A stretch of DNA of 64,000 nucleotides. It comes from Balamuthia mandrillaris (Eukaryota). Shown here one piece after another: positions 50,574 to 64,000 of the stretch. Position 1 is the stretch's first letter, and every line of letters starts with the position of its first letter. A program made the position numbers and the translations under genes. The stretch is taken from assembly GCA_031835245.2 (NCBI GenBank), contig JAVKOQ020000060.1, positions 62,001 to 126,000 on the forward strand, given 5' to 3'. The notes beneath the pieces are model-generated. The model saw only the letters and a list, made by a program, of their open reading frames with translations. It was not told the DNA's origin and did not search any database.

Positions 50574-52682
50574 CGTCCATTATTCTCTGTTCTATCATTT
50601 GGTGTGATGGTGTTCTATTCTCTTAATTACATTTTTGTCCCAAAAGTTTCGTTCAGAAGAAGCTTTTGCTCTAAAGTTGACACCACTGGATCCACATGTG
50701 AGTGCTACAGACGTAACGCGATTGAAGAAGCGTAAACCGGGTCGTGACAGTAAAGCCAAAGGAGACTATTGCCTGTTGGCTGCTGATCCCCACAACGCAC
50801 TTTCATTGTATGCTTTCTTGTTCTTTGCTTTTGCTTTTGCTTTTGTTCTGACAACAACAAACAAAAAGTTATCGCTCTGCGGCAGAGATGGCAAAAGTCG
50901 ATGGAGACACTGTTTGGTTGGCTGGAGCAATGGAGGGTGAATGTGCAGCTCTTATTATGTGTGAGGTTTGTTTGTTCTTTGTCTCGTTGTTACTCCTTCA
51001 TTCTTCTTGCTTATGTTCACTTTGTTATTTGAAAAAAGGAATTCAAAAGACAAATAGAAAGTGGTTCAGAGGAACAAATATTTGTGGACTTACCAGAAGT
51101 TGTTGATAAGTACAATGAAGTGTTACAGCTCTACTCCAGAACAGAGAATGCTGTTACACTAGAATTAGAAGCCAGCCTTAAATTGGCTAAGTATCATGCA
51201 TGCGCCAATCGTAAAACTGTTGCTGCGGAGCTGCTCATGCGAGCCTATAGTTTAAGCTCAGGATGCTCCACTCAAGAGAAGGTTCTAAAACTTTCTTTCC
51301 ATATTTTGTCTTTTACTCTTCTCTTTCTCATCCTTTAATACCCAGATTTCAGTATGTACCACCATTGCAAGAATCTGCTATAAGTTGGGCTTTCGACGGA
51401 AATTTGCCTTCTTCCTGCGACAAGCGGCCGAGTTGCATCATAAACTTTTCATGCTGTCCACAGCTCACAGTCTATATGCCATGGTGGCTCCTGTCTACCA
51501 ACTACGACTCCGTTCATCTGAAGAAAATGGATCAGATGGTATACATGAAGATAATCCTAGTTCTTATGGTTTGCTTTTCTTTTGATGTGTCCTTTTGTGG
51601 TTGTTTGTTCTTTCCTTTGTTGCTTTTCTGAGGAAAAATTCACAATTACAGAGGAACCAAGCACGATAACACAAGGAAGTTGTTTAGCATGGCGGAAGGG
51701 AGAAGAATGGCCACTGCTGCAAATCAACGTGCTAAAGGAGCTAATAGCCAGCTCAAAAGCACTTGGAGGTATACCTTTTCTCTTCTTCTCCCTCCTCTTT
51801 TTCTCCACTGTTCTTCTCATAAAAATCAAAAAAAATGGAATTAAACAGACTTGACCTATACGGCCCAATACATTGTGCATATGTTGAGAAAATTGGAGAA
51901 TTCTATTTATACTACAAAACAAGTGTCGCTTGTCAATGAGCTCTCTCAGATTTGTGAAGATCTTGCCGGCACGACACATATTGACATGCGAGGCATTCCT
52001 TATTTGCTTGCTGTAGCCCCTCAACCGTAGCTTTTCCCTTTGCCCTTTTATGTTCGCCGTGCTCTCATGCTGTTTCTCTAATTCTTTCTCGCTTTCTCAT
52101 TTTATGTATGACTAGACTGCCAGAGCACGTAGCCCCACAACCTGTTCCTCAATCTCAAACAAGTTACAATGGTAGCAACAACACCAGCGGACAAGACGGG
52201 GGAAGTAACAGCACCGGTGACGACTCAGATTCTCCCATTTTTATCTACACACCCATCAAATTCAGGAAAACTGCCCAACAGGAGCAACTTATTTGGGTAC
52301 AATATACGACCGCCCATGTCAAGGTTCGATTGTCCAATCCTTTTGCCTTTAGCGTCTTCGTAGAAAGTATTGAGTTAAGGTATTCTTTCTCTTGTTCTCT
52401 TGTTCTCTCGTTCTCTCTTTCAATTCCTTTTCTGTGTCTTCCTGTTCTTTCTTATTGTTAATTTTAAAAAAAACTATTCCAATTAAATAGCACTTCAGGA
52501 GTTGAGTTTCAAAGCTTTCCTGTTAGCGTGACGCTTCCTCCGTACACAGAGTCACAGGAGGTTGTGTTGTCAGGAAAGCCGCTGCAAACGGGGGTGTTGA
52601 CCATCAGAGGCTGCATTATCCGTGCCTTCAACCTTACCTGTGATCATCCTGTCAACAAGCAAGGACTTGGCATACCCATCAA

Positions 52683-52723
<41 letters not shown>

Positions 52724-54280
52724 TTTGTGTTTTTGAATACTGGTTTATTGTGATTTCTAACTATAGACAAAACTTATAGGCAAAACTTGAGCAGTGCTTT
52801 ACCTCAACCAATACTCAAAGATAGTGGTAACTCTCTCTCTCTCTCATTCATTGATACCGACACTCAAACAAAAATATTAGGTTGTAAGACAGGCAATGTG
52901 GTTCATGTTATCAGCGCTTTACCTTTGCTGCGAATCAAGCACAACAGCATTGCTATTGGTAGTAACTTATCAGCGTCTGAAGGGGAACGGTATGTGTCTT
53001 CTCCATTCCTCCCTCTTCTCTCTGTTGCCTAAGGTTGGGCTTTCTTTATATAAAGATATTCCATCCAACTGGAACTCAGTAACGAGGGAACTCTCCCTGT
53101 GGACCACATCAACATCTACTCTGCTTTAAAGTCAGGCGCAGCTCCAACTGGAATGTCTTCCTCCTCATTTTCCTCTTCTTCGTCCTCTTCTTCGTCCTCT
53201 TCTTCGTCCACAACCAATTCTTTGTCCAGAAGTGAACGCCGAAGAAAGAATCGTAGAGACACTGTGTCTTCACTCAAACGAATAAACGATAGAGAGAAAG
53301 AAGTGGAATATAGCGAGGAAGAAGAGGAAGAAGAAGATGGAAATTTAACCAGACAAAATACCTTTGCCAAAGACTTGGCAAGCGCAGCTGAGGCGGCCAT
53401 GAAAGTTATGCAAGAGTCAAAAGTGTTGCCACTCATGCCTGGTCAAACGCTTCACATACCCATCAACATTCTGACCACGTTTCCTCTTTCTCAGTACTAT
53501 CTTCTGTCTTTTCATCTTTAGCCTTTGTTTCTCCTTGATGCTTACATTTAAAATTATATGCATAGGCAACAAAACAGTAAACTTATATTAGAATATCGCT
53601 CTTCTGGAAGTGCGTTCCAAAGATCTCTGCGCATCCCTCTCCGCTTTACCGTGACGCCAACGCTTCGTTTGACCGGATTCGATGTTATCGTTCCTTCTTC
53701 GTGTTGCGCCACCGATTGCGATTTGTCTCCTCCTCTTTCGGCTTCTTCTCGTCATGTCTCCAACCAACGAAAGAAAGATAACTACAACAAATTAAAAGAA
53801 GACAAGGACGGCAATGATGAAGAAACGAGAAACTGGTGCTTTTTGTTGTTTGACGTTGAGAATATCTCAACCAGCCATTACACGCTTTGTTGCTCGATAA
53901 AAACTGTGCCGTTTATGTTGAGCGATGATGCTGTTTATGATGTGGAACCATTTTCGTGGCAGAAAACCTCTTCTTGTGCACCTAAATCCACTCACAGGTA
54001 TTTATCTCGTTTATTTCTTTGTTGCAGTTCCTTTTGTTTTGTTCTATCTATTCTTTTGGTTCTTCTGTTTTCTTTTGTTTGCTTTTGGTTTTGTTTTTCT
54101 TCTTCATTATCTTTCCTCACAGTTTTCTTTGAATCATGCAACAAAAGACTGCTGGCGCCAATTCCACAACTACCTTATGTACCTGAGTTCAGTGTGAGCA
54201 AAACCGCAGGCATTCTTGATTTGTACAAGCGATGGCTTTCACAGTGTATTCGGATAGACTGGACTGAAACAGATTCCGTA

Positions 54281-54316
<36 letters not shown>

Positions 54317-55067
54317 TGGATGATTTGCTCATCTTTGTTTTAAAAAATCAGAACCACCAATCAGGAGAACTCTCGTTGGATAACATTCAACCCACGGATC
54401 GGCTTCAACAACTCGTTCGAGATCCAATCGCAATCTCCTTCGTTTGGACGTCCACCTCGTCCTCCTCCGAGGAAGCAACACAACAAAACTCTTCTGTCGT
54501 TATGAATGGTCATAGGAGCGATAACAAAGAACATAAAGACGAAGAGCCTTCGACACCGAGTCGCATTACGAAAACAGTGGGAGAGAAAGTCAGTTTGGTA
54601 GTAACCTTACGAAATCAGAGCGAGCAACAGTGCTTGAAGAACGTTCATTTGACGGTGGTACCGCAACCTGCTGACAGTGGCACAACAAAGCACGAAACGC
54701 TGAGAGCAGCAAGCACTTTGCGGAGCAAGCTCGCTTGGGTTGGCTCTCTCGATCTTTATTTGCCCTCTGTACGCTAACTCTCTTTGTCTATTTGCTGTTC
54801 TTTGGTGCTCACTTAACTCATTCTGTTTGTTGATGAAAACTGAAGTTGGGAAAGGAGTCAGTAACGCATGTAATCCCGTTCTTCCTGTTATGTGAGGGCG
54901 CATTCAAGTTCACTGCGTTGTGCCAATGCGGCAGCAACGATGCCTCCACAAACGAATCCGCCGAACTGGTTCAAGAAGAAGCAACTTCCCCTTCTGCTTC
55001 CTCACCTCCTTCTCCTCCGTTGAGCATTTGGAGCAAAGATGCAACTTTTCTTCATGTTGTGTCTTAA
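49519..55067 (+). CDS. TRAPPC9: TRAPP II subunit Trs120/TRAPPC9, many exons
   Basis: 'VVLVPVGDI', 'WEDFQANRKILG|MIGILHC', 'GRDSKAKGDYCLLA', 'DTVWLAGAMEG', 'GFRRKFAFF', 'PIFIYTP', 'LSNPFAF'. Confidence 0.9.
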
Positions 55068-55114
55068 AACGAAAGGAAGAAGAAAACAACATGTTAAAAA
55101 ACTCGTTCATATTT

Positions 55115-56178
55115 TTACAAAAAGTAATCAGGGACTTCTTTGGTACTGTCGTAAGAAGGAGACTTTCTTTCGCTCTCCGGCGCAGCCACAAACGTGTTGA
55201 AATAGCGTTCCAACTTGTCGCTTACCTCCAGAATGGAGGCCACATTCCCGCAACGGTAACAATAGTTTGGAGCACTCCAAATGGTGGAGAGTTGATCATT
55301 AAAGAGAACCTTTTTTTTAAAGTTAGTTAGTTCGTTCGAAAAGAAAAAGAAATGAAGAAGGATAAAGCTACTTGATAGCCATCCATGCAAAGTTGGTGTG
55401 CCCGAAGGATGTGAGTCAGGTTGTTGACTCGCAGGAACTTGGCCACCACGTTAGAGCCAAAGGTATAGCCTGCCCCTCTATTGAGAAGAACAAGACAACG
55501 TGAGAAGTGAGTTGAGAGAGAGAACAAGAGCACAAAAGGAATGTGAGAAGTTAGAAGAGAGAAACAAAAGGAGAAGAAAAGAAAATAGGAAAGGGAGGAG
55601 AGCATACCTAGGAGAAGCGTTGAAACCTTCTTTGTCAGGATCAGGGTCAGACCACATTAAGTCGGCAAGAGGCCCATCCGGAGGTACCTCGCGGAAACGG
55701 TCCAGCACTCGGATTTGGTCTACCGACACTATGCCGGGAGACAATCCTGTTTGTTGCCAAATAATTTTGAGACAAAGCTTTCAAATGAAACAGCGAAAAG
55801 ACAGAAATAAAGAGGAGAAGAAAACAAAAGATATAGGGTTTCAAAACAGAGAAAACGAGAACAGTACAAAAGAGAAAAAGAAGAAAGAGGAAAGGTAAAC
55901 AGAAAGAGCCAAAAAAGAGGGGGAAAAAAACACAAGGAGTAGCAAAGAAACAAAAAAAAAACAAAAGAGAAATGAGAAAATGATACCTCCATGAACGGCA
56001 AAGAGTTTGTTATCAATGATAGCTGCAATGGAAAGGAAGTCGAAAACGTTGGTGAAATACTTCCATACATTAGCATTGCCGTACTTGCGCATACACTCGC
56101 CATAAAAGCCATAAACCTTTGTAGTAACGCAAGTCAGCTTTGGAAAGAGAGAAAGAAAGAAAGAAAGAAAGAAACGAC

Positions 56179-56218
<40 letters not shown>

Positions 56219-56224
56219 AACGAC

Positions 56225-56288
<64 letters not shown>

Positions 56289-56340
56289 AACGACAAGAAA
56301 CGACAAGAAACGACAAGAAAGAAAGAAAGAAAGAAACGAC

Positions 56341-56380
<40 letters not shown>

Positions 56381-56386
56381 AACGAC

Positions 56387-56422
<36 letters not shown>

Positions 56423-56437
56423 AACGAAAGAAACGAC

Positions 56438-56473
<36 letters not shown>

Positions 56474-56516
56474 AAAGAAAGAAACGACAAGAAAGAAAGA
56501 GAAAGAAAGAAACGAC

Positions 56517-56548
<32 letters not shown>

Positions 56549-56758
56549 AACGACAAGAAAGAAAGAAACGACAAGAAAGAAAGAAACGACAAGAAACGAC
56601 AAGAAAGAAAGAAAGAAAGAAAGAAAGAAATGGACAAGAAAGAAAGAAACGACAAGAAAGAAAGAAAGAAAGAAAGAAAGAAACGACAAGAAACGACAAG
56701 AACGACAAGAAAGAAAGAAACGACAAGAAAGAAAGAAAGAAAGAAAGAAAGAAATGAC

Positions 56759-56814
<56 letters not shown>

Positions 56815-57399
56815 AACGACAAGAAACGACAAGAAACGACAAGAAACGACAAGAAAGAAACGAATGATAAGAAAGCAGAGCAGCAGCTAACTTGAGTGAT
56901 TTGGCGTGACTCATGGTTGCCCCGCAGCAAATGTATGCGGGAGGGATAGCGCAGCTTCAGGCAGACGAGGAGGGTCATGGTCTCCACGCTGTAGAAGCCC
57001 CTATCCACAAAGTCCCCCAAAAACAGGTAGTTGGTGTCCGGCGGCTTGCCCCCAATCCGGAATAGCTCCAACACATCAAAAAATTGTCTTTTTTTTGGTT
57101 AACATAATATTATTTTAAAAGAAGTAAAATAGAAAAGAAAGAAAAGAAGTAAAAGAAAAGAAGAAAAGGATACAAAAAAAAAAAGCAAGCAAGCAAGCAA
57201 ACCCATGAACGTCGCCGACGACGGTGACCGGGGCCGAAATATTGAGGACGTTGGACTCGTAGATCAAGATCTCTTTCAACTTATCGCACAGCTGCTTGAT
57301 GGTAGTCTCGGGCAACAACTCGCAGCGATACAGCTGCTCGATGCATTTGTCCAAGTTGATGTTGGCGGCGCCTTTCCCCACCAACACCGTCGTCGCCAT
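55115..57399 (-). CDS. PP2A-family Ser/Thr phosphatase catalytic subunit (PP4/Ppg1-like)
   Basis: GDVHG, GDFVDRG, RGNHE, '[12 protein letters not shown]', C-terminal DYFL. Confidence 0.93.
56145..56860. repeat. Compound (GAAA)n microsatellite punctuated by AAACGACAAG units, intronic
   Basis: Directly visible; lies in a phosphatase intron. Confidence 0.95.
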
Positions 57400-57406
57400 T
57401 TTTGCC

Positions 57407-57437
<31 letters not shown>

Positions 57438-58933
57438 GCAGATATTTTGTGTCGACAAATTTGCACGAGGGGTCCAACGTGTCCACAAATATTATTGCAC
57501 ATCCGCTTCGAAGAAACTCTGTCCAATTCTAAACCACAGTTCTGCAATCCGATTGCAGTTGTGAGCTTTCTCCCTTCATGTCCCAGCTTCACTGGGGGGG
57601 GTTCCATTCTTATGACCCTCTCTCACTCATTCTCATAGCCAACGCTGTTTTTTCCTGGAGCTTGCCTCGGTATTCGGTGACCTGAGGAAAGGAGAACACA
57701 ACATTAACCCAAGGCTGTACCCTCACCAAAGTTCGCCCTGCCAGAAGTTATTTGTCGACGCGTGTCGATTCGTTGCATTTTCCCGCCAGCAAGAGGCGGA
57801 GTAGGCAGTAACCGGTAGTTTTCCGGCTTGTTGGACACTATTTTGCCCTCGGTAAAGGTACACTTTACCCCGCATTCCTTCTAAAAGAAAAAGAGGCCAA
57901 CGATGAAGAACAGGCATCCCAGTTAGTTTTATTCGCTCGTTCATTCGGTGTCAACACTGCGCGGGAGAGACTCACTGCCAGACATGCCTCTCTTGCAACA
58001 AAGGTACAGAGAGTGGTTCGTGACCTTCAAGAATAAGGCTTGGGAGGTGCGGATAGTTTTGCCTTCTTTCCGACAACAGCAATGGAGAAGTAGAAAGAGA
58101 GCACTGCAGAAGAAAGAAGAGAAGAAGGGAAAGGGAAGGGAGAGGAGGAACAAACTACAAGCATGGTGGATAGTACGATGCGTGCATTCCTATGCACTCC
58201 GGCAATGATATACAGCCCCAGCAATAACTTTCGGACAGAGAATTGCAAAACTACATTGAAATTCAACAATGGTCCAGTTCATCAGTTATTGCTCCGAATG
58301 GCATGGCAGGCAATACGTGTTTAAAAAAAAGAGTCTTCGTTTTCTTTGTGTCCAAAAAAAAAAAAAAAAGAGTAAAATGCATGCTAAAAACGAAAGCAGA
58401 ACATAATGGAAATAGTTTGTTTAGTTGTTCGTTTCTGGTGGGAAAAATCATCACAACTTTTTCCAAGCGAGAGGCTCCCAAGAACGCATTCCACAGTAAA
58501 GCCCATCCACCAGAAATAAGATTAATGGACATCCATGCTTGGGATGCTTGACATTCCGGCATATTCCACCTTCATACACAGCAGCACAAGGTATTCGGTT
58601 TATTGCTGAAGAATGAAGAGGCACATGAGAAAGGAGGCACACGGAAAAGGCGGAAGAAACCAGGAGAGAACACCAAAATTACTGTGCAAAATGTGTTTTT
58701 TCTGGATTCATTCCAATAACAACCCATAGCAAAAGTGAGAGAACCGAAAATGCATCCAGGGGTTCGGTGTATTTTCCTTCTCCGACGACGCTGACCAATG
58801 AAAGCGAATGAGGCTTGCGGAGCCCGGTCAAAGGGCTTCAACGCCTTTCTATTTCCAGCCCAGGAGACTGCCCCCTGGAGATTCACGTGCCAATTCCCAG
58901 CAATTTCAGAGCTAATCCACCCTGCAGCGAATC

Positions 58934-58942
58934 ATATAAAAA
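58934..58942 (+). promoter_or_regulatory. TATA box of the cupredoxin gene
   Basis: ATATAAAAG about 100 bp upstream of the ATG at 59034. Confidence 0.55.
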
Positions 58943-59033
58943 GCAATAAAGTGAGAGTCCCCTTTTCCCCTTCCATCAACAAACAAATAACAAAAAACAT
59001 CCCCTTAACAACAACAACAACTACATCTTCGAA

Positions 59034-59096
59034 ATGAAAAGCTCAACTCTCTTGGTGCTGTTGGTTGCCTTGCTGGTTTGCTTCGGTAACGCTGTT

Positions 59097-59144
<48 letters not shown>

Positions 59145-59723
59145 GTTTTTCAGTCTACTCCATACAAAGATAGGCTAACATTACCTCACTAATCTTTAGC
59201 GGCCGTTGCCTCGGCCCATTCTAAGTGCCCTCACCACCACAACAACGGCTACGGCGATGGCGATGGCAATGGCGATGGCAATGGCGACGGCAATGGAGAT
59301 GGTGACGGTGATGGTGACGGCGATGGCAACGGCGGCGAGACCATCACGGTTATCGTGGGTCCTGGTGGACAAAACGTCTTCTCGCCGGAGAACGTGAATG
59401 CCAACGTCGGAGATACCATCCAATGGGTCTGGCAGGATGACACCCACACGGTAACCGAGACCACTGGCGCCAACTGCGAGACCGCCCCCAACGCTCTGTT
59501 CGACACCGGCATCCAAGATACGGGCTTCATGTTCTCCTACACCATCCAAGCGGGAGACGTCGGCACCATCTTCTACATGTGCGAAGTCCACTGCGAGGCG
59601 GGAATGGTGGGCACCATCACCGTCCAGGCCAATGGCGGCAATGGCGGCAACGGTGGTAATGGCGGCAATGGTGGCAATGGTGGCAACGGCGGCAACGGCG
59701 GCGATGTTGATTATGGCTACTAA
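59034..59723 (+). CDS. Secreted plastocyanin-like cupredoxin (type-1 copper) with Gly-Asp/Gly-Asn repeats
   Basis: Signal peptide MKSSTLLVLLVALLVCF|AAVASA; 'FSPENVNANVGDTIQWVW...HTVT...FYMCEVHCEAGMVGTITV' gives His-Cys-His-Met ligands. Confidence 0.88.
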
Positions 59724-59906
59724 GCATGCTAGGCGCACCACGGAAAACACGCACAGTGACTCTCTTGCACATATAATGTAAATAAAAAGAGAGTTTCTGT
59801 TCCTCCAAGAACTGCGTCCTTTTTTTTTATAAAAAAGTTGCCTTGTTAGCCAGCACGATAAACAACAACGGGAAAGCAACACGGCAGCAAAAAAACACTT
59901 GTTTGT

Positions 59907-60224
59907 TTAGCTCAACTCGAAGCCAGTGCTATGAGCAATGGCATAGAGCAGCTTCTCCCTCATTTTCTCTGGTGTTTCATAACTGCCCAACTTCAACAAA
60001 TTCATACATCTATGAAGGATGAAAGAAAAAAGAAACAAGGCAGATTAGAGGAAAGAAAAAAAAAGATAGAAAGTGAGGGTACGTACGTGGAAGCAGTGGG
60101 CAAACTTTGCTTGTCTCCATGTCGCTTGTGAATACAAAATGGAGGATTGAGATAGCGAAAACCCAGCAACGGGGGCTATGAACAATAAAAGCGGACAAAA
60201 ATGAGCAATAAGATACACACAGAG

Positions 60225-60264
<40 letters not shown>

Positions 60265-61498
60265 AAAAGGAAAAGAGAAGAGACGTACTCTACTGCTGCT
60301 TGTAACAAACTTAAGGAGCTGTCTTTGCTCTTTGGGTGTGAAGGACTGGACCACCGACCAAAACATCTCGATAGTGGGGTGCTGGTCGTGATAGCCAGGC
60401 CCGTAGGCAGTGTGTTCGCGGAGGTCTACCAGATCGATTCCACCCTCTCTTCCTGCGATGAGCAAATGTAGCTCGTGTTGGTTGAACATGCGAAGCCACT
60501 CTGGTGGAATTATGTCCGCAAATCCTGAATGGAATAGTACTACGTGAATAAAACAACGAGAAGGAGAAGACTAGGATAAGAAGATAAACCTTTGAGAAAG
60601 GCAGTGCATTGACGAGAGATTTGTATGTTGAGCCTATAGTTGGCCACCAAATAAATATACTTGATCCTGTTTTCGTTGGTTACTGGAATATCCTTTCCTC
60701 CTGGTATCAGTTCTCGTTCTGTTAAACGTCCAAACTCTTTTGTGTGATTTAGTTTGATCAAATGAAACAAAAATTAGTACCAAACGGTTGAGAAGAAAAG
60801 AGAACTAAAAGAGAAAGCGAGAACGCTAAATAATAGAGAGCGAAAAAAGGGAAAGGTATCGAACAAACCATCATCTGTGATGGTAAAATTCAAGCTAAAG
60901 TCTTGCTCCACATCGCCGGGATAGTGCTTCAGCACCATGAGATTTTTGTGTAACTGCGGATCCAAAAAGACGAGATCGTTAAAGTAGTTATGCTTGCGAA
61001 GCAGTTTGGCAAGGAAGAAGTTGGCAAAGGGCACATCCACCAAAATCGACTCATACAATGCTTTCCCTAACACCCTCCCCAAAAACTCCAACTGTTGCAT
61101 ATGGTCACCTGAAGATAATTTCTGGTGAGAACAAAATAAAACTAAAAACTAATACCATGAAAAAAAAAAAGAAACAAAACAAAACAGAAACAGAAACAAA
61201 AACAAAACAAAAGCTGTCAATCGTACTAGCAACTAGCTCCGAATGGGGATTAGGATAAAGTAAATGATCAGCAGTTTCTTTGAACAAGCCATAGCTGGAA
61301 CTAAATGCTGTCTTCGTCAACCTGAAATTGTAAGCAGCCCGTTAGCAAATGAACTTCCTTTTTGGCCTTCTCTCTCTTGCTTCCTTCCATAGTTGCTTAC
61401 TCTCGTGTTCTTCTGCGAAAGGAATGACGTACTCAGTCAAAAACTCTATTTGTTACAAAGGATAGGTAGAGTGAGTAAATGAGTGTATGTGAGAGAGG

Positions 61499-61530
<32 letters not shown>

Positions 61531-63586
61531 CAGAGTAAGAATTAGACCTTTGAACACGCCTCCACCATCAATGCCTGCCTCCGGCAATCCCTCAGTACTA
61601 ATGAACGATACCCGAATTATTCCTCGGAATGCTTCAGCTTTTGTGTTAAAGGTAGGCGATAAAAGTAGTGAGAAACTGAAAATCGCATGAAGAAGAGAAA
61701 GAGAGCTCAGAGTTTGTTCTTACGAGGAAGATAGTGCAGAGCATCAAACCCATCTTCAAGCACATAATCCCTCCGAACCGTAATTCTCGTATCCAACGGG
61801 TCGATCCGGTTCTTCATGTCACGGACAAGTTGATGGAAGAGTTCAACACGAAGGTCCGTTGGTACCACGAATGGAATGTGCTTCAAAATTCGCAGAGCTC
61901 GTTTGTCTTCTCTAGCCACATCTGTTTTGAACGTTTCCGTTTGTCGCCCAATTTCCTCCACGTTCCAATGCTCATCCATGCAAAACCGTCTTCGGGAGCT
62001 GAAAAGATTACCAATGTTTTGGGTTTTAGTTAACGAAAACATGACAAAGATAGTAAAGAAAGACGTACTTGCGATCGTAGAGCTGGCGCAGAACAGCAGT
62101 AATAGACTTTCGCAGAAACGAATCTTGATAAACCTTCAACAAAGCAGGGTCTTCGCCTCCTTTGCTCCAATACATCCTAAACACAATCCTCTTCAACATG
62201 CCAACCATCTCCGTAACCTCCGTTAATCTAAAGTGTGTCTCCCTCTCGAAGAACTCCTCGTCATCCATCGTAACTAATAAATGATTGTAACAGGCGCAAA
62301 ACAGGGATAACGCCGGCACCATCTGCTCCAAACTACCATCCATATCCTCTACAAAACCAAAAGTGGCCAATTGGTCCAGTTGTTGGCTGCAGGTGAGACG
62401 ATGCCAAAGCTTGGTAACAAAAGTGCTGTGAGAGGAGAAGGAGAGAGTGTTGAGGAGAGGCATTCGCAGAGAGGGATGATCCCGTTGCAGGGTGTTGCAA
62501 AGGCGACAAAGAACTTGGAGGCCTTCTGGGAAGAGCTTGTTGAAAGGTAGAAATAGTGTGGATGGACGTCGATGATCCTCTTCGGTGTCTTTGCCTTTGT
62601 CCTTTTGGCTCTCTTGAGTTTCCTCTGTTGTATGGAAACAATAAGAATACGAAAAATGACAAAGATAAAGAGCACATATACAACAACAAACCATCCAAGT
62701 AAAGTTTTATGAGAGAGCGAAGCAGATCGGGGTCCAACAGGAACTGCACGTGGTCAAGGATCTCCTCTTCTTTGAGTGTGTTGGAAATGGCACTCTGTGC
62801 GACGAGCATATTGGATTCCGCTTCTTCGGCTTCTCCTTCGAACTCTCCATATTCGTCAATTCTTTTTTGAGTGCGGTTTGCTAAGCGGAAGGCAGAGGAT
62901 AAGTGATTCATGAGCTGATTGATGGCAGCTAAATACTTTGTCTGTTGTTGGTTGGTTAAAAATTAAGTTTTTGGAATAATGTTAAAGAGTGCAAGAAGTT
63001 TAACAAAAAAACATAAATAAATAGCAAGTTAAGAGAACTAAAACAAAACACCAAAACGAAATAACAAAACAAACACCAAAATTAAAATGAGAAGAACCAA
63101 ACCATAACGGGCTCAGCACCCAGTCGAATGACGGACGGTCCCAAATCCAACAAATTCAGCAGCACACAACGACACAAGACGATACTTTCTTCCAATGTTC
63201 TTCTCTCTGCATCACCACCATCGTGCATTAGAGCGCTTGTATCCAAACAATCAGGAAAAACTTGAATCAATTCAGTCTCTTCCGCGGATGCAGAGGCAGC
63301 TTTGAACGCGGAGCTCAAGTCGGGAATGGAGAGTACGTAACGAACAAAGTCCTTACGAGCTCGTTGTGGAGCCGGCATAGTAGTGGTTGTTTTGGTGGCT
63401 CGACGTGAGGTACGCTCCTCCGCAGAGATAAAGAAGCTGTTTTTGAAAGGTGCCAAGGCGAGTTGCATGAGCTGCACAAAGAGCATTGCCTCTTTTGCTT
63501 TTGTTTCCGAAGTGGATAACCGTTGTTCTTTGTTGCTGCTGAGCAGAGATATCTTTAGGCAGTAAGAAGTGGAGGTCAGAATCGAA

Positions 63587-63630
<44 letters not shown>

Positions 63631-64000
63631 CCAGTATGCTATTAACCTGAGTTTTAAGAGCGTTTGTAATATTTCTATACAATTCATTGTTTACAAGAGC
63701 GTTCAAAATTTGAGCACAGACCTGTCTTTTGAGAGAAAGGCAAAGACAATAAGCAAGGAGCTCAAAACATGAACGGGAAAAAAAGAAGGTTGAGTCAAGG
63801 TACCCTTTTTGGTCGTAAGAGATGTTATTTACAAAGGAGTAGGCGGCTGGGCTTGTTAACGCTGCTAAAATATTAAGTGGCATTGACAGTTGATCCCCAG
63901 AAGGTGGTCTTAATGAGTGATAGAGATGAGTAATGCATCTTAAGAAGAATTGCTAACAAAAAACAACTAAGGCACGATAAGCTACCCTTCTAAAAGGTGG
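59907..64000 (-). CDS. HECT E3 ubiquitin ligase, UBE3B/UBE3C (Hul5/UPL6) type, 5' partial
   Basis: 'VTMDDEEF', 'VLRQLYDR', 'ITVRRDYVLEDGF', 'EAGIDGGGVFK|EFLTE', 'FLGRVLGKALYE', 'LPTAST|C', 'GFELS*'. Confidence 0.93.

Noticed and set aside
55841..57074. Long ORFs of 200-350 aa (FFLS/KKER repeats)
   Set aside because: Stop-free translations of an intronic microsatellite; the same applies to poly-F/L/S/E/K/R ORFs at ~19690-20170 and 32640-33285.
57600..58900. Possible gene or mobile element in the long intergenic region
   Set aside because: Only short ORFs with no recognisable motifs, terminal repeats or consistent splice pattern; treated as regulatory DNA.

Overview
Compact, intron-rich eukaryotic genomic DNA. 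The gene set and (CT)n/(CTT)n-filled GT-AG introns suggest a free-living amoebozoan of the Acanthamoeba/Balamuthia type (inference). About 26 spliced protein-coding genes can be reconstructed: DEP-LNS2 protein, syntaxin-16, LSm/NAA38, acid phosphatase, sulfotransferase, RPS6, mitochondrial TrpRS, COQ7, BAR-SH3-WW protein, UMP-CMP kinase, Rab5-like GTPase, receptor TKL kinase, RhoGAP, ATG5, SR-beta, TRM6, HIT4-like protein, PARP6/8-like enzyme, Dre2, BORCS5, TRAPPC9, PP4/Ppg1-like phosphatase, a cupredoxin, a UBE3B/C-type HECT ligase and two unknowns. There is also one tRNA-Glu(UUC) gene. The most unusual features are: (1) a ~330-bp cluster just upstream of tRNA-Glu, built from copies of the tRNA 5' half, which forms two convergent 63-nt G:U-rich hairpins separated by back-to-back T5 tracts; (2) a U12-type AT-AC intron in the Rab5-like gene; (3) a 37-bp perfect inverted repeat (MITE-like); (4) recurring GTCGAC and TGACGTCA promoter palindromes; (5) a probably dual-targeted UMP-CMP kinase. 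CDS coordinates are outer gene bounds including introns and were assigned by eye.
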